From NCBI RefSeq assembly GCF_044704955.1, contig NC_091998.1, positions 58,962,001 through 59,026,000 on the forward strand: a DNA stretch of 64,000 bases. Reading direction: 5' to 3'. Below the pieces are notes generated by a model. It was given only the letters and a program-made list of their open reading frames with translations. It was not told the origin of the DNA and did no database searches. Positions 24,301 through 38,427 of the stretch are shown piece after piece. The stretch's first letter is position 1; each line of letters begins with the position of its first letter. This DNA is from Pristiophorus japonicus. Its lineage: Eukaryota. Both the position numbers and the translations under genes were made by a program.

Positions 24301-25936
24301 TGACAGTGGCGCATTGGTTCTGGGATCGGGTATGGCGAAGAGTCATGAAGTGTTCATTAACCCCGCAGGGGAAATCTTTGAGGCGGTTGACCAGTTGATT
24401 TTTGACGGCAAAGCCAACCCCATGAAGGCGGTGTTCTTCCTCTGGTTTTCCTTTCCAGAAAATGGTGTAACCTCCACCATGTTCCTTGATCTGGCCTTTC
24501 CCTGCCCGCCTGGTCTCACTTGGGGCGGCGATGTCAATGTCAAATCCTCTAAGTTCCCGGGCATCTATGGCCGTGCGGCGTTCCAGCCTGTTGCTGTTGT
24601 AATTGTCCATGAGGTTGCTGACGTTCCAGGTCTCAAACTTCATAGTTACGAAGTGGAAAATGCCTGTGCGTGAGTTCTTTTAACGTGGTGTGGCCGCTGC
24701 ACACCGGCAACCACTCGGGCTTAGCTGAGCAGGGTCTTGGTTCGGCGGAAAGGGGGTTTAAGACGACTGGAGACTAGGCACTGCTGTATAAGCCTAATTG
24801 CCTACGGCGAGGTGTTGGTCGCAAGCTCAGCGCCGAGTAGTGCCATTGATGGTAGATGGCCCGAGGCTTGGTTGGGGGATAGGTGTTAGGAAGGTCAGCA
24901 GTCCACTGGGGTTCCGAGGGATGTTTTGGAAAGTTTCTTCCAAGGTTAAAAATTTCCCCAAAGGTTTCCAAGTTGTTTTAAATGTTTGAATTTAGAAGTA
25001 TTTCCAGATTATTTTTTTTTAAAGTTACACAGGTTGATTGAAGGTTTAATAAATAGATTAATAGTTCGTTAAAAGTTGATAAAAAAAACTCTAAACTGTA
25101 AATCAAGTTGTTTAAAAGTTAATGTTCACTGCTAGCGACCGAGGGCAGATACAGCCCGTCGGTGTGCCGGGCTGGCTGATTTAGGTGACCCCGAGTGCGA
25201 GGCTGGGTCAGGCCGGCTGGCCGAAGGGACCCAGAGTGCGTCGTTGGGCTGGGCTGGCTGGCCGAAGGGACCCGGAGTGTGTGGTTGGGCGGGGCCGGCT
25301 GGCCGAAGGGACGCGGAGTGTGTCGTTGGGCCGGGCCGGCTGGCCGAAGGGACCGGGAGTGTGTCGTTGGGCGGGGCCGGCTGGCCGAAGGGCTGGCTGA
25401 ATGTACTCCCATGATGTACAAAGACCTGGATGGACCACACCTGGAGCACTGCGGGGAAGTAGAGGCCCAGTCATCTCCAGAGGGGGCCCGAACGCCTGGA
25501 CACCGCTGGGGAGAGGTCTCAACACTGCTGGGAGGCCAAACACCTTGGCCCGCTGCAATCCCGGGCCGAATGGCCTCCCCGCTCCCCGATTAGTACACAT
25601 CCACAGGGGTCTCAGCACTGAACCAAGCGGCTCCAAGCTCAGATCCCAGGAACTGCAAGAGGGGTATAAATGAAAAAGCTGACAAGGCCCTAGCACAGAC
25701 GGTGGAGTGAAGGGCTCCCGAGAGTGGATCTATGGTCTAACACTCTTCCGCCAGTGGACCCATGCTGACCCGAGTCTAACTCTTGACGGCAACCCCTCCG
25801 GCCTAGCGACCCCTCCACTCACTGCACCCTCCATCCTCTCTGCAGCCTGGTACCGCAGGCCTATACATTCGACAGCCATTCCTGAGATATCCGCAGCCTC
25901 TCCTGAGCTATCCGCACCCACCAGCCAATCTCCTAG
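21399..25936 (-). mobile_element. RTE-clade LINE (unit 2 copy)
   Basis: Same element; TSD 21389-21398 / 25937-25946; extra 1-bp deletion near 21860. Confidence 0.9.
25215..25392. repeat. 41-bp minisatellite (4 full units + partial)
   Basis: Units at 25215, 25256, 25297, 25338 and 25379. Confidence 0.9.
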
Positions 25937-28900
25937 CTATTTATATAGCGCCTTTAACATAGTGAAACGTCCCAAGGTGCTTCACAGGAGAATTATGAGA
26001 TTTTTAACAATTTGACACTGGGCCACATATGTATAAATTAGCTCAGGTAACCAAAAGCTTGGACAAAGAGGTAGGTTTTAAGGAGCATCTTGAAGGAGGA
26101 AAGAGAGGCGGAGAAGTTTAGCCAGGGAGTTTCAGAGCTTAAGGTCTAAGCAATAGAAGACTCGGCCACCAATAGTTGAGCGATTATGATCAGGGATGCT
26201 CAAGAGGTCAGAATTAGAGGAGCACAGACATCTCAGGGGTTGTGGGGCTGGAGGAGATTACAGAGATAAGAGAGTAGATAGGCTATAAAAGGATTTGAAA
26301 ATAAAGTTGAACATTTTCAAATCCAGGCATTGCTTAACTGGAAGCCAATGTAGATCAGCAAGTACAGGGTTGATGGGCGAGTGGGACTTGGTGCGAGTTA
26401 GAATGAGTTTTGGATCACTCTATTTTACCGTAGGGGAGAATGTGGGAGGCCAGCCAGTAGTGGGTTGCAATAGTCAAGTCTAGAGGTAACAAAGGCATGG
26501 ATGAGGGCTTCAGCAGTGGAGGAGCTGAGGTAGAGGAAGAGATGAGTGATGTTACGGAAGTGGAAATAGGCGGTCTTCGTTATGCTGCAGATACGTGGTC
26601 GAGAGCTCATTTCAGGGTCAAAGATGACACCAAGGTTGTGAACAGTCTGGTTCAGCCTCAGACAGAAGTTGGGGAGAGGCATGGAGTCAATGGCTGAGGA
26701 ACGGAGTTTGTGCCTGGGACTGAAAACAATGGCTTCAGTCTTCCCAATATTCAATTGAAGAAAGTTCTGCTCATCCGGAACTGGATCTTGGACAAGCAGT
26801 CTAACATTTTGGAGACTGTGGAGGGGTCGAGAGAAGTGTTGGTGAGGTAGAGCTGGGTGTCATCAGCGTACTTGTGGAAACTGACGCTGTGTTTTCGGAT
26901 GATGTCGCCAAGAGGCAGCATGTCGATGAGAAATAGGAGGGGGCCAAGGATAGATCCTTGGGGGACACCAGAGGTAACGATGTGGGGGAGGGAAGAGAAG
27001 CCATGGCAGGTGATTCTCTGGCTACGATTAGATAGATTAGAACGGAACCAAACGAGTGCAGTTCCACCCAGCTGGACGGTGGTGGAGAGGCATTGGAGAA
27101 GATGGAATGGTCAACCGTGTCAAAGGCTGCAGACAGGTCAAGAAGGATGAGGAGGGATAGTTTGCCTTTGTCACAGTCACAGTCTTGCTGGTATTATTGA
27201 GTTATCTTAGCCCAGCCTTTTTAATGACTGATAGTTTCTGGGAAATAAAATGTTTGATTTTATTTTTATCTATTGAAAACGCCCAAGTTCCCGCTCACTC
27301 CTCCCTTCCAGCCCTGACCTCATTCCTGCTACTTCAGGCGAGAGACAAATTTGAAAATTTAAATGAAGCCTCCCTCCTCACCATCAGAATATTTTCCAAT
27401 TACGGTTGTTGGAGTGTTAGTCTCTTTTTCGGGAGACTTAACAGCAAACTGCTTGCCAGTGAAATCTCGGGGTTGATTTTAACTCGGGCGGGATGAGGGG
27501 AGCCCGGAGCGGGCGGTGCACCTATACATCATGAAGGAAGTGAGGCCTGACTGATTTTAACCCCTCCCACACACTGTTCCTGCGCAGCGGGGTGGGGTTA
27601 ACATCGACCCCCCCCCCCACATGTTTTGTGCCATTCATTTCAACTTTAGCTTTGCCCGATGGCTCAGTTGATAAAGGCAACATGAAGCTGAGCTGTACAG
27701 ACCAGAGTGGTCTGAGGATTGAGCCCCAGTTTGTGCTGGGTTAGTTGATCCCACTAGGGGTAGCAGCAGGGATGTTATGATTGGCTTAACGGCCTCTGGA
27801 TTAGGGAGGGTTCCCATTCCCATTCACTGTCCAGCAATCCTTGCTGGGAAGGGTGGGTGTGTTGATGTTTGAGGAGGACAGGATCCGACTCGCCTGCTTA
27901 CTGTCTGGGATCACACATGAGACCACTGGGGCAAGATATCTGAGGGCAGATACTGTGCCTCAGCAAGAGTCGATGCCGTCAAGAGGGAAGGAAAGGGGAG
28001 AATTGATTTAAAAATGTAAACCCCACAAAGTTGTTGGGGATAATTTTCTGGCAATGTGTTCCTAGCTCGAGACTCACCAACAGGGGATCAAATATTGGAC
28101 GTTTGTGCGCGAACTTCATGATTTACCGACTATTTACATTAATGATTTGTTAATCAAGCACAGTGCGTCCCATGATTTTTGATGTAACCATTTTACTTAT
28201 TTTCATAATTTGCAGACTTTTCATCATTTCATGTTGTGGTAAACCTCTCGTGTTACACTTTGCGGAGACTAGTGGCAAAGGAATTAAAACTTTCCATTAA
28301 GAAAGCAGCATGAGTCATTGTTTTATGGGAGATAGGGCTCAGGTAGGTGAAACAACGGCAGCAGTTAGGCCATGAACTCTTTCAACGCCATTGGTCCCAA
28401 TTTTAACTCGGGCAGGAATTGGGTGCTTGAGGCAAATAGCAAACCCATTTGAACTCATAGCCTTACCTACGAGCAGGGTTAAAATCGCCCTGACGTGTAT
28501 CCGGGGTGGGGCAAGCCTAGATATTATCTGTGTGTGTAATAAAAACAGAAAATGCTGCAAATATCCAGCAGCTCTTCCGGAACCTGTTCTGAGAAAGGCT
28601 AGGTTCATGCGTCCATTGTTCAGCAGAACATGGTCGCCTCGCGTAGCATTAACTTGGCTTTTCTCATCATCGATTGCGATCGACCTGCTGTGTATTTCAG
28701 GCATTATTGTTTCCAGTATTCCTTCTGTTTCTCATTTTAGAGATGGGTGCCACACAATTCCTCAGGAATTTACTCAGTAGGCGACTGTTGGAACCCTCAT
28801 AGAATAGGGCTAGACCTGGTTACATAGGATTAGCGGGAGGCCATTCAGCCCCTCGAATCTGCTCCGCCATTCACTTCAATCATGGCTGATCTGCACCTCA

Positions 28901-31704
28901 CCTCCATTTCCCTTTCCTCCATATCCCTTGATTCCCATACCTAACAACAATCTCCCGATCTCAGCCTTGAAAGCTTCAATTAACATCCACAGCCTTTTGG
29001 GGGAAGAGAGGTCCAGATTTCTACTATTCTTTGAAAAAGTGCTTCCCGATTTCCCTCTAATTTAGTTATAATGTTGAGGTTGTGCCTCCTTGTTCAGGAC
29101 TCGCCTGCCAGAGGAAATAGTTATCTACCCTATCAACCCCTTTAATAATAAACACCTCGATCAGATCACTTCCTCTATACTCAAGGGAATACAAGCCAGA
29201 GGTATGAAACTTGTCCTCAGAATGGAACCCTCTCAGCCTCGGGATCATTCTGGTGAATCTGCGTGGGGTCTTTGCCATTCTGGCCATTTGAATTCCCGTC
29301 ACATGGGCGGTCGGCTGCCAAAGATACGACCAAAATGGCAACCTGACCAACAAACTCCAGGGGTGTCACCAATGGCAAGCCCAACAGGAGCAGGTCCGGC
29401 TCTAACACATTCGCACCTAGTGCGAGAAAATGAAACACCTTTAACATCAGGCACTCCCACGATAGGTACGGAACAGGTTAGATACAGAGTAATGCTCCCT
29501 CTACACTGTCCCATCAAATGCTCCCAGGACAGGTACAGCACGGGGTTAGATACAGAGTAATGCTCCCTCTACACTGTCCCATCTAACACTTTCAGGGCAG
29601 GTACAGCACGGGGTTAGGTACAGAGTAAAGCTCCCTCTACACTGTCCCATTAAACACTCCCAGGGCAGGTGCAGCACGAGATTAGATACAGAGTAAAGCT
29701 CCCTCTACACTGATCTGTCAATGTACGTCCGACCAAACTCTGAGAACATCGCTCACTGCCCAATAGAACATTGTTCCATTCCCCATACCTCTCGTCCTGT
29801 CGCCCATCTGAGTGAGACTCAGTAAGAAGTTAGGCAATAGCAGCCCATTAGAAACTGGGTTGAGGCCTCATGTAACAAATAGTTTCACTCCATCAGTTTT
29901 AGGTGCATTTGAAGGGGAATTTGTTTTTATTCCTATCATCCAGTCTGTACAGAGTAAATGATCTGGTGCTCAGCACAATTCAGGAGCAGGCAGCAGACAT
30001 TTCCCCACAGCAAGATTTTCTATCCATTCATTTTAATGAACAGAAAATCATTTGATGTACATGTGCAATTTCACAATTATGTGCTCTCGTCCTGTGACTA
30101 GAACTTAGAAGCGGAATTCTTACCCTGATAACTGACTTCCTTCAGTGTGACTCCAAATGGTGGAAGGTCAGTCTCTATCCCACTGCACCACCAATGGGCC
30201 ATCCTCCAATCAGATCAGCTGGCAGACTATGTACTCCTTAAATTAAATGCCTCAAGGTATACACGGTGAAACACAGAAACTTCGGCGTGCACTCCAGTGC
30301 TGAGGGAGCGCTGCATTGTTGGAGGTGACGTCTTTCGGATGAGATGTCAAAAAGTCTACTCTCTCAGGTTGACGTAACAGGCGCTATGGCACTATTTCTA
30401 AAAAGAGCAGGGGATTTAACCCCAGTGTCCTGGCCAATATTTATCCCTCAATCAACATCACTAAAACAAATTATCTGGTCATTATCACATTGCTGTTTGT
30501 GGAAGTTTGCTGTGTGCAAAAATTGGCCGCATTTCCAACATTACAACAGTGACTACACTTCAAAAAGTAAAGCGCATTGGTACCTTCGTGGTCGTGAAAG
30601 GCGCTATAGAAATGCAAGTCTTTCTTTATAAAAGGGTAGGAGTGTCTGGGAGTACTTTCACACCATGGGTCTGTGTACATTTACACAGATTGAGGATGAA
30701 ATTGCACATGGGCGGTGTCTCACCGGTCTCCCGTTAAACCCTGGGCCCGATGGTCAGTTCCACTGACTTCATCAGAATTGAAATAAAAACAGTGAATGCT
30801 GGAAATCTCAGCGGGTCAGTAGAATTGAATATCAGATGCAACGGTCGGCAAATGCGATTCTGTCTGTTTTACGTCCCCCCACCACACACCCCATGTGCAT
30901 CCCCCATCCCATAATAACCTCATGTGGTCCAACTGATCACACGTACTGTGGACGAGCGGGACGAGCGGGACGAGCTGGGGAAGTTTATTGTGAGTGCTGT
31001 CACTGAGCTCAGTGAACGGACATGCTTCCTGGAAACTTTCTCTCAGGGCAAGTGTGATCTGTATTGTTCACTCGTCTGTAACCTCTGCAGAAAGGTGCTG
31101 GCCGCTGCAATCCGGGGCGGGGAGGCGATACCGAGCTGTGTACTATTGGGTTACCCCGAAACATTGAATGGGTGAGGACACATTGCACTTTTAAATGTGG
31201 CATTCCAGCTGTTTGAAAGACCGGATACATTTCCGGCTTTTGCAACCCTGAAACTGCCTCAGAGAATGTCGCCTGACACAATAAACTTGGCTCAATAGAC
31301 CAGCCACTCCTTCTCTTAGCTTGGATATTTGTTTTTTTATGTCAGCTCAGTGGGCAGCACAGTCGCCTCTGAGTTGTGGGTTCAAGCCCCACTCCAGAAA
31401 CTTGAGCACATAAATCTAGGCTGACATTGCAGTGCAGTGCTGAGGGAGCTCTGCACTGTCGGAGGTGCCACCTTTTGGATGAGACATTAAACCGAGAGCC
31501 CTCTGCTCTCAGGTGGATGTAACAGATCCCATGGCATTATTTGGAAGAACAGTAGAGGAGTTATTCCCAGTGTTCTGGCCAATATTTATCACTCTGTTTG
31601 CTGTTTGTGGGAGCTTGCTGTGCGCAAATTGGCTGCTGCCTTTCCCACATTACAACAGTCACTACACTCCAAATGTACTTTGTTGGCTGTAAAACACTTT
31701 GAGA

Positions 31705-33557
31705 CATAGAAACATAGAAAATAGGTGCAGGAGTAGGCTATTCGGCTCTCGAGCCTGCACCGCCATTCAATAAGATCATGGTTGAACATTCCTTCAGTAC
31801 CCCTTTCCTGCTTTCTCTCCATACCCCTTGATCCCCTTAACCGTAAGGACCATATCTAACTCCCTCTTGAATATATCCAATGAACTGACATCAACAACTC
31901 TCTGCGGCAGGGAATTCCACAGGTCAACGCTCTATCAGTGAAGAAGCTTCTCCTCATCTCAGTCCTAAATGGCCTATCCCTTATCCTAAGACTATGTCCC
32001 CTGGTTCTGGACTTCCCCAACATCAAGAACGTTCTTCCTGCATCTATCCTGTCCAGTCCCATCAGAATCTTATATGTTTCTATGAGATCCTCTCTCATCC
32101 TTCTAAACACCAGTGAATAAAGGCCCAGTTGATCCAGTCTCTCCTCATATGACAGCCCAGCCATCCCTGGAATCAGTCTGGTGAACCTTTGCTGCACTCC
32201 CTCAATAGCAAGAACATCCTTCCTCAGACTAGGAGACCAAAACTGAACACAATATTCCAGGTGAGGCCTCACTAAGGCCCTGTACAACTGCAGTAAGACC
32301 TCCCTGCTCCTATATTCAAATCCCCTAGCTATGAAGGCTAACATACCATTTGCCTTCTTTACCGCCTGCTGTAACTGCGTGCCCACTTTCAGTGACTGAT
32401 GAACCGTGACACCCAGGTCTCGTTGCACCTCCCCTTTTTCTAGTCTGCCGCCATTCAAATAATATTCTGCCTTTGTGTTTTTGCCCCCAAAATGGATAAC
32501 CCCACATTTATCCACATTATACTGCATCTGCCATGTATTTGCCCACTCACCTAATCTGTCCAAGTCACCCTGCATACTCTTAGTGTCCTCCTCACAGCTC
32601 ACACTGCCACCAAGTTTAGTGTCATCTGCAAACTTGGAGATATTACACTCTATTCCTTCATCCAAATCGTGAATGTATATTGTAAAGAGCTGGGATCCCA
32701 GCACTGAGCCGTGCGGCACCCAACTAGTAACTGCCTGCCATTCTGAAAAGGACCCGTTTATCCCGACTCTCTGCTTCCTGTCTGCCAACCAGTTCTCTAT
32801 CCACGTCAGTACATTACCCCCAATACCACGCGCTTTGATTTTGTACACCAATCTCTTATGCAGGACCTTGTCAAAAGCCTTTTGAAAGTCCAAATACACC
32901 ACATCCACTGGTTATCCCTTGTCCACTCTACTAGTTACATCCTCAGAAAATTCCAGAAGATTCGTCAAGCATGATTTCCCTTTCATAAATTCATGCTGAC
33001 TTGGTCCGATCCTGTCACTGCTTTCCAAATGGGCTACTATTTGATCCTTAATGATTGATTCCAACATTTTCCCCACTACTGATGTCAGGCTACCCAGTCT
33101 ATAATTACCCGCTTTCTCTCTCCCTCCTTTCTTAAAAAGTGGCGTCACATTAGCTACCCTCCCATCCATAGGAACTAATCCAGAGTCGATAGATTGTTGG
33201 AAAATGATCACCATTGCATCCACTATTTCTAGGGCCACTTCCTTAAGTACTCTGGGATGCAGACTATCAGGACCCGAGATTTATCGGCCTTTAATCCCAT
33301 CAATTTCCCTAACACAATTTCCCGCCTAATAAGGATATCTTTCAGTTCCTCATTCTCACTAGACCCACTGTCCGCTAGTACATTCGGAAGGTTATTTGTA
33401 TCTTCCTTTATGAAGACAGAACCGATGTATTGGTTCAATTGGTCTGGCATTTCTTTGTTCCCCATTATAAATTCACCTGAATCCGACTGCAAGGGACCTA
33501 CATTTGTCTTTACTAATCTTTTTCTCCTCACATATTTATAGAAGCTTTTGCAGTCAG
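31705..33557 (-). mobile_element. CR1-clade LINE upstream of IL-1b copy 3
   Basis: 350-aa ORF. Same insertion as 13531-15368, but it retains 15 bp (MGLDR) that are deleted in that copy. Confidence 0.92.
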
Positions 33558-34038
33558 ATCCTCCCCCCTCCCCCCCACCCCCCCCCCCCCCCCACACCCC
33601 GCCTCCCTCCACCTTATGGCCCACCAATCCTACCTTGGGCAATACACTGGCATCCCCAGCACAGACTGATTCTTTGATTTGCAGCCTCTGGTACTGAGAC
33701 TGTCTGAATTGAGAAGCACAGCGAAATACTGCAGCTTGCTGGAAATCTGAAAACGCAAAGTGCGCCTGCTCGCCAGGTCAAGCAGCATGAGGGGGGAAAC
33801 CCTGCCCAGGCTGCAGCAGGGGTATTGGAGGGACGGAAAATTACAGCTACAGTGTGTGATGTGGCTGAGGTTCTGGGCCTCAGTATCATTACACTCAGAG
33901 GGTAAAATGCTGCCTGGATACCCTCAACACAGAACAAGTGTGGCCTTTACTTGTTAAACCTTATGGGGCTTAGCAGGCAGTGAAATGCTTTTGCTTTTCA
34001 AACTTTGAATGGGTACCAGTGGCGAGAGGGTTAATTTC

Positions 34039-34163
34039 GGGAATATCCACACGCTGAGGAACTTCTAAAGACATTTCTGAAATAATGCACTACGCAATCA
34101 AAAAAATTCCATCCAGGGGAGACCCGCCCTGAGGGAGGAGCATGTGGAGGGCGCTGTGTATAA
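34039..34163 (+). promoter_or_regulatory. Putative IL-1b proximal promoter, copy 3
   Basis: GGGAATATCC 34039-34048 and TATAA 34159-34163; same motif cluster as copy 2. Confidence 0.6.
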
Positions 34164-34283
34164 GACACGGGCTGAAGGCTGTTTATCAGCACAGCTACAC
34201 AGTAATCCTGACAATCTTGAGCACACCGCCAGATATAACCTCAAACAACTGAGAGCGTCAAATCTACCGCGAAGACACGAGGC

Positions 34284-37200
34284 ATGAAGACTGAGGTTGG
34301 ACCCGTGACCATTCCAATGGTTGATAGTGAATCTCGAAGGTAAGATTTTGTTTAGTGTTTAATCCCAAACTGAGCGATGCCAGTCGCTCTCTATCTCTGA
34401 ATCCTGCCCATGTTTGCAGCAACTAAATGATGCTCGCTCTATCCGCAGAACCTTCAGTCACCGCCGCCGCAGGAATTCTCGCCTGACTTCTCCGGTCTCC
34501 TGCCCCCAGCTCAAGGTAAGAATCTTTCACTGGCATTGTATCAACCTGATATTGCGGGGGGTGAGGGGGGAAGACATGCATTTTGTTACAGTTACAGTAA
34601 GCTTGAGTTGGTAAATATTACAATGCTCTGAGCGAGCAGAATTCACAATGCAAATTGAACACTCTTTGGAAATATTTTCTAAGTGCAGAGATTAAATTCC
34701 CAGGCCCCACCCCACACTCCAGCCCACCAATCCGGGCTGCGAGAGTTTCCTCTGTCTCAGCCCTCACAGAACCAGAGACATTTACAGCACGGAGCGAGAC
34801 CATTTGGCCCATCGAATCCGCGCCGGCCGACCAAGAGCAACCCAGCTTAATCCCACTTTCCAGCTCTCGGTCCGTAGCCCTGCAGGTTACGGCACTTCAC
34901 GTGCACATCCAAGTATTTTTTAAATGTGGTGAGGGTTTCTGCCTCTACCACCCTTTCAGGCAGTGAATTTCAGACCCCCACTACCCTCTGGGTGAAGACA
35001 TTTCCCCTCAAATCCCCTTTAAACCTGCTACCAGTCACTGTAAAGCTATGCACCCTGGTTATTATCCCCTCTGCTAAGGAAACAGGTTCTTCCTATCCAC
35101 TCTATCTAGGCCCCTCATAATTTTACACACCTCAATTAGGTCTCCCCTCAGCCTCCTCTGCTCCAAAGAAAACAGACCCAACCTATCCAATCTTCCCTCA
35201 CAGCTAAAATTCTCCGTCATGTGCTCCAACTTGCCAGCCACAGGGTATCAGTGTGTGGTGCCTGCAGCGGTTGGGAGGTCCTGTTTCTGCACCAATTGCA
35301 GTAATTCCAGGCAATCCCCTGAGTGTATCCTGGGCGCAGCTTCTTGTCCATGGTGTTACAGAGACATCGCATTCCTTCATCTCAACTCCCACTAAACATG
35401 CCTGGGACCCTTGGCATTTCTGGGGGGGCTGGAGGCTGGGGCAAAAAAAGCACATCACCCGCCAACGAGACTGGACTCACCGAATCTAACTGTTTGCTCA
35501 TTTTGCAGAGCCTATTTCAAGAGACCTTACCAAAAGTGATGGAGACGAGCACGGCCAATCACCGAGCAGACGGAGAGAGCTACCAGCTAGAAATCACCGG
35601 GACATCCTCGTCCATAACCACGGCCGGCAATGCAGTACTCTCGCTGGAAAAGGCTGTCATGTTGGTCCTGGCTGTTGAAAAATTCAAGAAAGGGTTGGGG
35701 CGGCCGTCGAGCAATGGCTGGGGACACAAGGGCACTTCCTTCAAGGGCAGCGAGCTGCTCGGGAGCTTCAATGCGCTGGTGGAAGGTAAGAAGCGTTTCC
35801 TTCCAGTGTTGTCATTGGTGCCATGGCCAACTGTGTGAGCAGTGTGGCACCCGGCATCATGGCTGCTGGCTGCTGTGTCAGTGCTTCTGTTGCTGCTCCC
35901 TCATTGTTGCTGGCTCAATATAGTGGCATTGCCCACAGCAGCTGTGGCATTCCCATTGGCGTAAGGATTTGACAAGACAGCCTGGCACCCGGGTAACCCG
36001 GGCTGGCCAAGAACTGCAGCCTTGCCAGCGCTGCCCAGAGACATATTACACTTCCAGATTGATTTTTTTTCTGATCAATCTCCGTTAATTTGCTGCGGTG
36101 AATAACTGCTTTTGATTTGTGCCAACAGAAGCCATTACCTGCATCAGCTATGACGACACTGAACAGGCGAACAGCTCCTACAGGTTCATGCGGAGTGAGC
36201 GCACGCAGGTGAAGGACGAGCAAGACAAGTCTCTGATGCTGTCGGACAACCTCCAGCTCGTCGCCCTGTTCTTGCAGGAGCCGAAGGACGAAGGTGGGTC
36301 ACCTCAGCCCTTGCTCTTTTCTGGAACACTTCAAACAAGGAAAAGTTGGCCAAAGTATTTCAATCTTCCTGTTCGGAAGAAGAATTCTCTCCCGGTCACT
36401 GTCGCTCTTCCTTGCCCCGCCTCTATTCTCTCCCCGCCTCTCCTGACTCCCTGCACAGAGGCTGACTCTTGGCTGGGATATATTTCTACAGGAGTCACTC
36501 TCTCCCCCCCCCCCCCCCAGTACCTCACCAACTTGGCCATTCTTGCTGTGAGGCCAAAGTGTTGTCAGGCTATTCAGCCATGGGGGAGGCGCATCATAGC
36601 CCAGCCCGACTGATGTATATCCCCAGGATCACTAGATCAGGACCAGGAGCAGGGACCCTGGCCATTTCATCTGCTCCCTGGCGGAGTGTTGCTGAGGCCA
36701 ATTGTAATGCACCAGTGCCTGCCTTGGTTAACTTGAACCTGACGACCATCCAGCCTGAATGGCTCAATTCCATTCCAGATGGTGCATTTATCCAGTAATA
36801 ACTGGGGAGCTGCACTTTTAGTAATCTTGGTCTCAATATATTCTGACGACAGTACTAACATGTTCCCTCTTTAACTTACAGTAACACTGGATGTGAGGTA
36901 CTACAAGACCACTGTGAGCACAGAGAATGATTTGCCTGTTGTTCTGGGAATCAACAGGCGGAATCTGTTCCTCTCTTGCACGGGATCACATGACAGACCC
37001 AGGATGCAGGTGGAGGTAAGGGATTGCACAGTTACCTGACAAATATCACGTCATTGCTACCTGGAGGCTCGGCCTCTTCTGCCAGCCTGCCTGTGTTCAT
37101 TCTCTACAACTTACATGTGTCAGAGGAATCAGTCCATGTTTTGCAACCTTCCCTTCACTCTGGCTGTGATGCCCCATGTCCACAATCTGACCAATTTCAA

Positions 37201-38073
37201 CACTGGTTCTGCAGCTTCAGGGAAACCCCCTGCCCATATCTTACAGTCCATCTCCCCTCCTCCTGAAGGTGCTGCCTCTCTCTGCGACACTGGTTCCATG
37301 GGTGCTGGCCACCCTCCACTCACTCGCCCATGGAGCCAATCCTCAGATAGTGTATCAGAAAGCTATTTAACCTGAGGGTGCAGCCCCATAGCCCAATCCT
37401 AGCCTGGCCTGACCTGATACCCAAACATGTACAATCTCCAGCAGGGATCGCTGCACAGTGATCAGGAGCTGGAACCCTGGCATTTTTCCCCCGCCCTATC
37501 CCAGGAATGCTCTGTCCTCTCTCCCCTTCCTGGCCAAGGTCAGCTGGCTTAGAATAGTCCCGGGATCAAGGGCAATCACCCTGTGCATTTGCAGACAGTC
37601 AGCTGACGCGGAGTCTGGGCGGAGCCCTAATATCAGGGTAGCAGCCCCGCCAGGCACAGGAGCTGAATTCCCCAAGAAGGGAATGGGACGGGAAAAGGAT
37701 GGGCGGCATTAGGTCTGCCGGCTCAGAACCTCCCACCAACATCAAGAAACCAGCCCCGTGCACACCAACATATCCTGAAATAAAGACCCTTGCAGCTTTT
37801 TCAGCTGAAATATAAATGTATTTCAATGTGTTCCAACCGATGATGTTTCTATTTGCACAGAAATGGGACAAGACTCTGCAGAATATCAGCAGTGCTACCG
37901 ACCTGCTCCGCTTCGTGTTCTATAAGAAGGATTCGAGTTCTGGCGAGGACTTTGAGTTTGAATCGGCGATGTACCGGGGCTGGTACATCAGCACGTCCAG
38001 AAAGAGCAAACAGCCTGTGGACATGGACCGGAAGGAGCACCGCAAGAGAATCACAATCTTCACAGCGGAGTGA
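34284..38073 (+). CDS. il1b: Interleukin-1 beta-like gene, copy 3 (complete, 303 aa)
   Basis: Exons 34284-34339, 34449-34515, 35509-35785, 36129-36293, 36882-37015, 37861-38073. Intact. One substitution seen vs copy 2: GCT>ACT (Ala>Thr) at 36911 in exon 5. Confidence 0.92.
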
Positions 38074-38277
38074 GACCGTCCCGAGCTCTCCGCAGTTCAC
38101 AACACAAACCAGGAGTAGTTGGTTTCGGGAGAGCGTGTGTATGTACTAAGTACAGAATTCGCAATCCATTGAATTACAATCATTTTGGTCATATTGGACT
38201 GAAAAGATTGATGTTGGAATATGTTGGTGAAACACAGGTAGCAATATTTGTTACTGCTTGACTTGTATATTATTTGC

Positions 38278-38427
38278 ATTTAAACTTTAGTGAAACGAAG
38301 GTGTCGTATTTTTGGATCGTGAGGACTAATGATTGTATAAGTTATTCAATATTATTATTTATTATTTAAATTATTGATTCATTTATTGCTATACTGGAAG
38401 AGAAAGCTTCTTCCTTGGTTGATTAAA
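38278..38427 (+). promoter_or_regulatory. 3'UTR AREs and ATTAAA, copy 3
   Basis: Same motifs; ATTAAA 38422-38427. Confidence 0.7.
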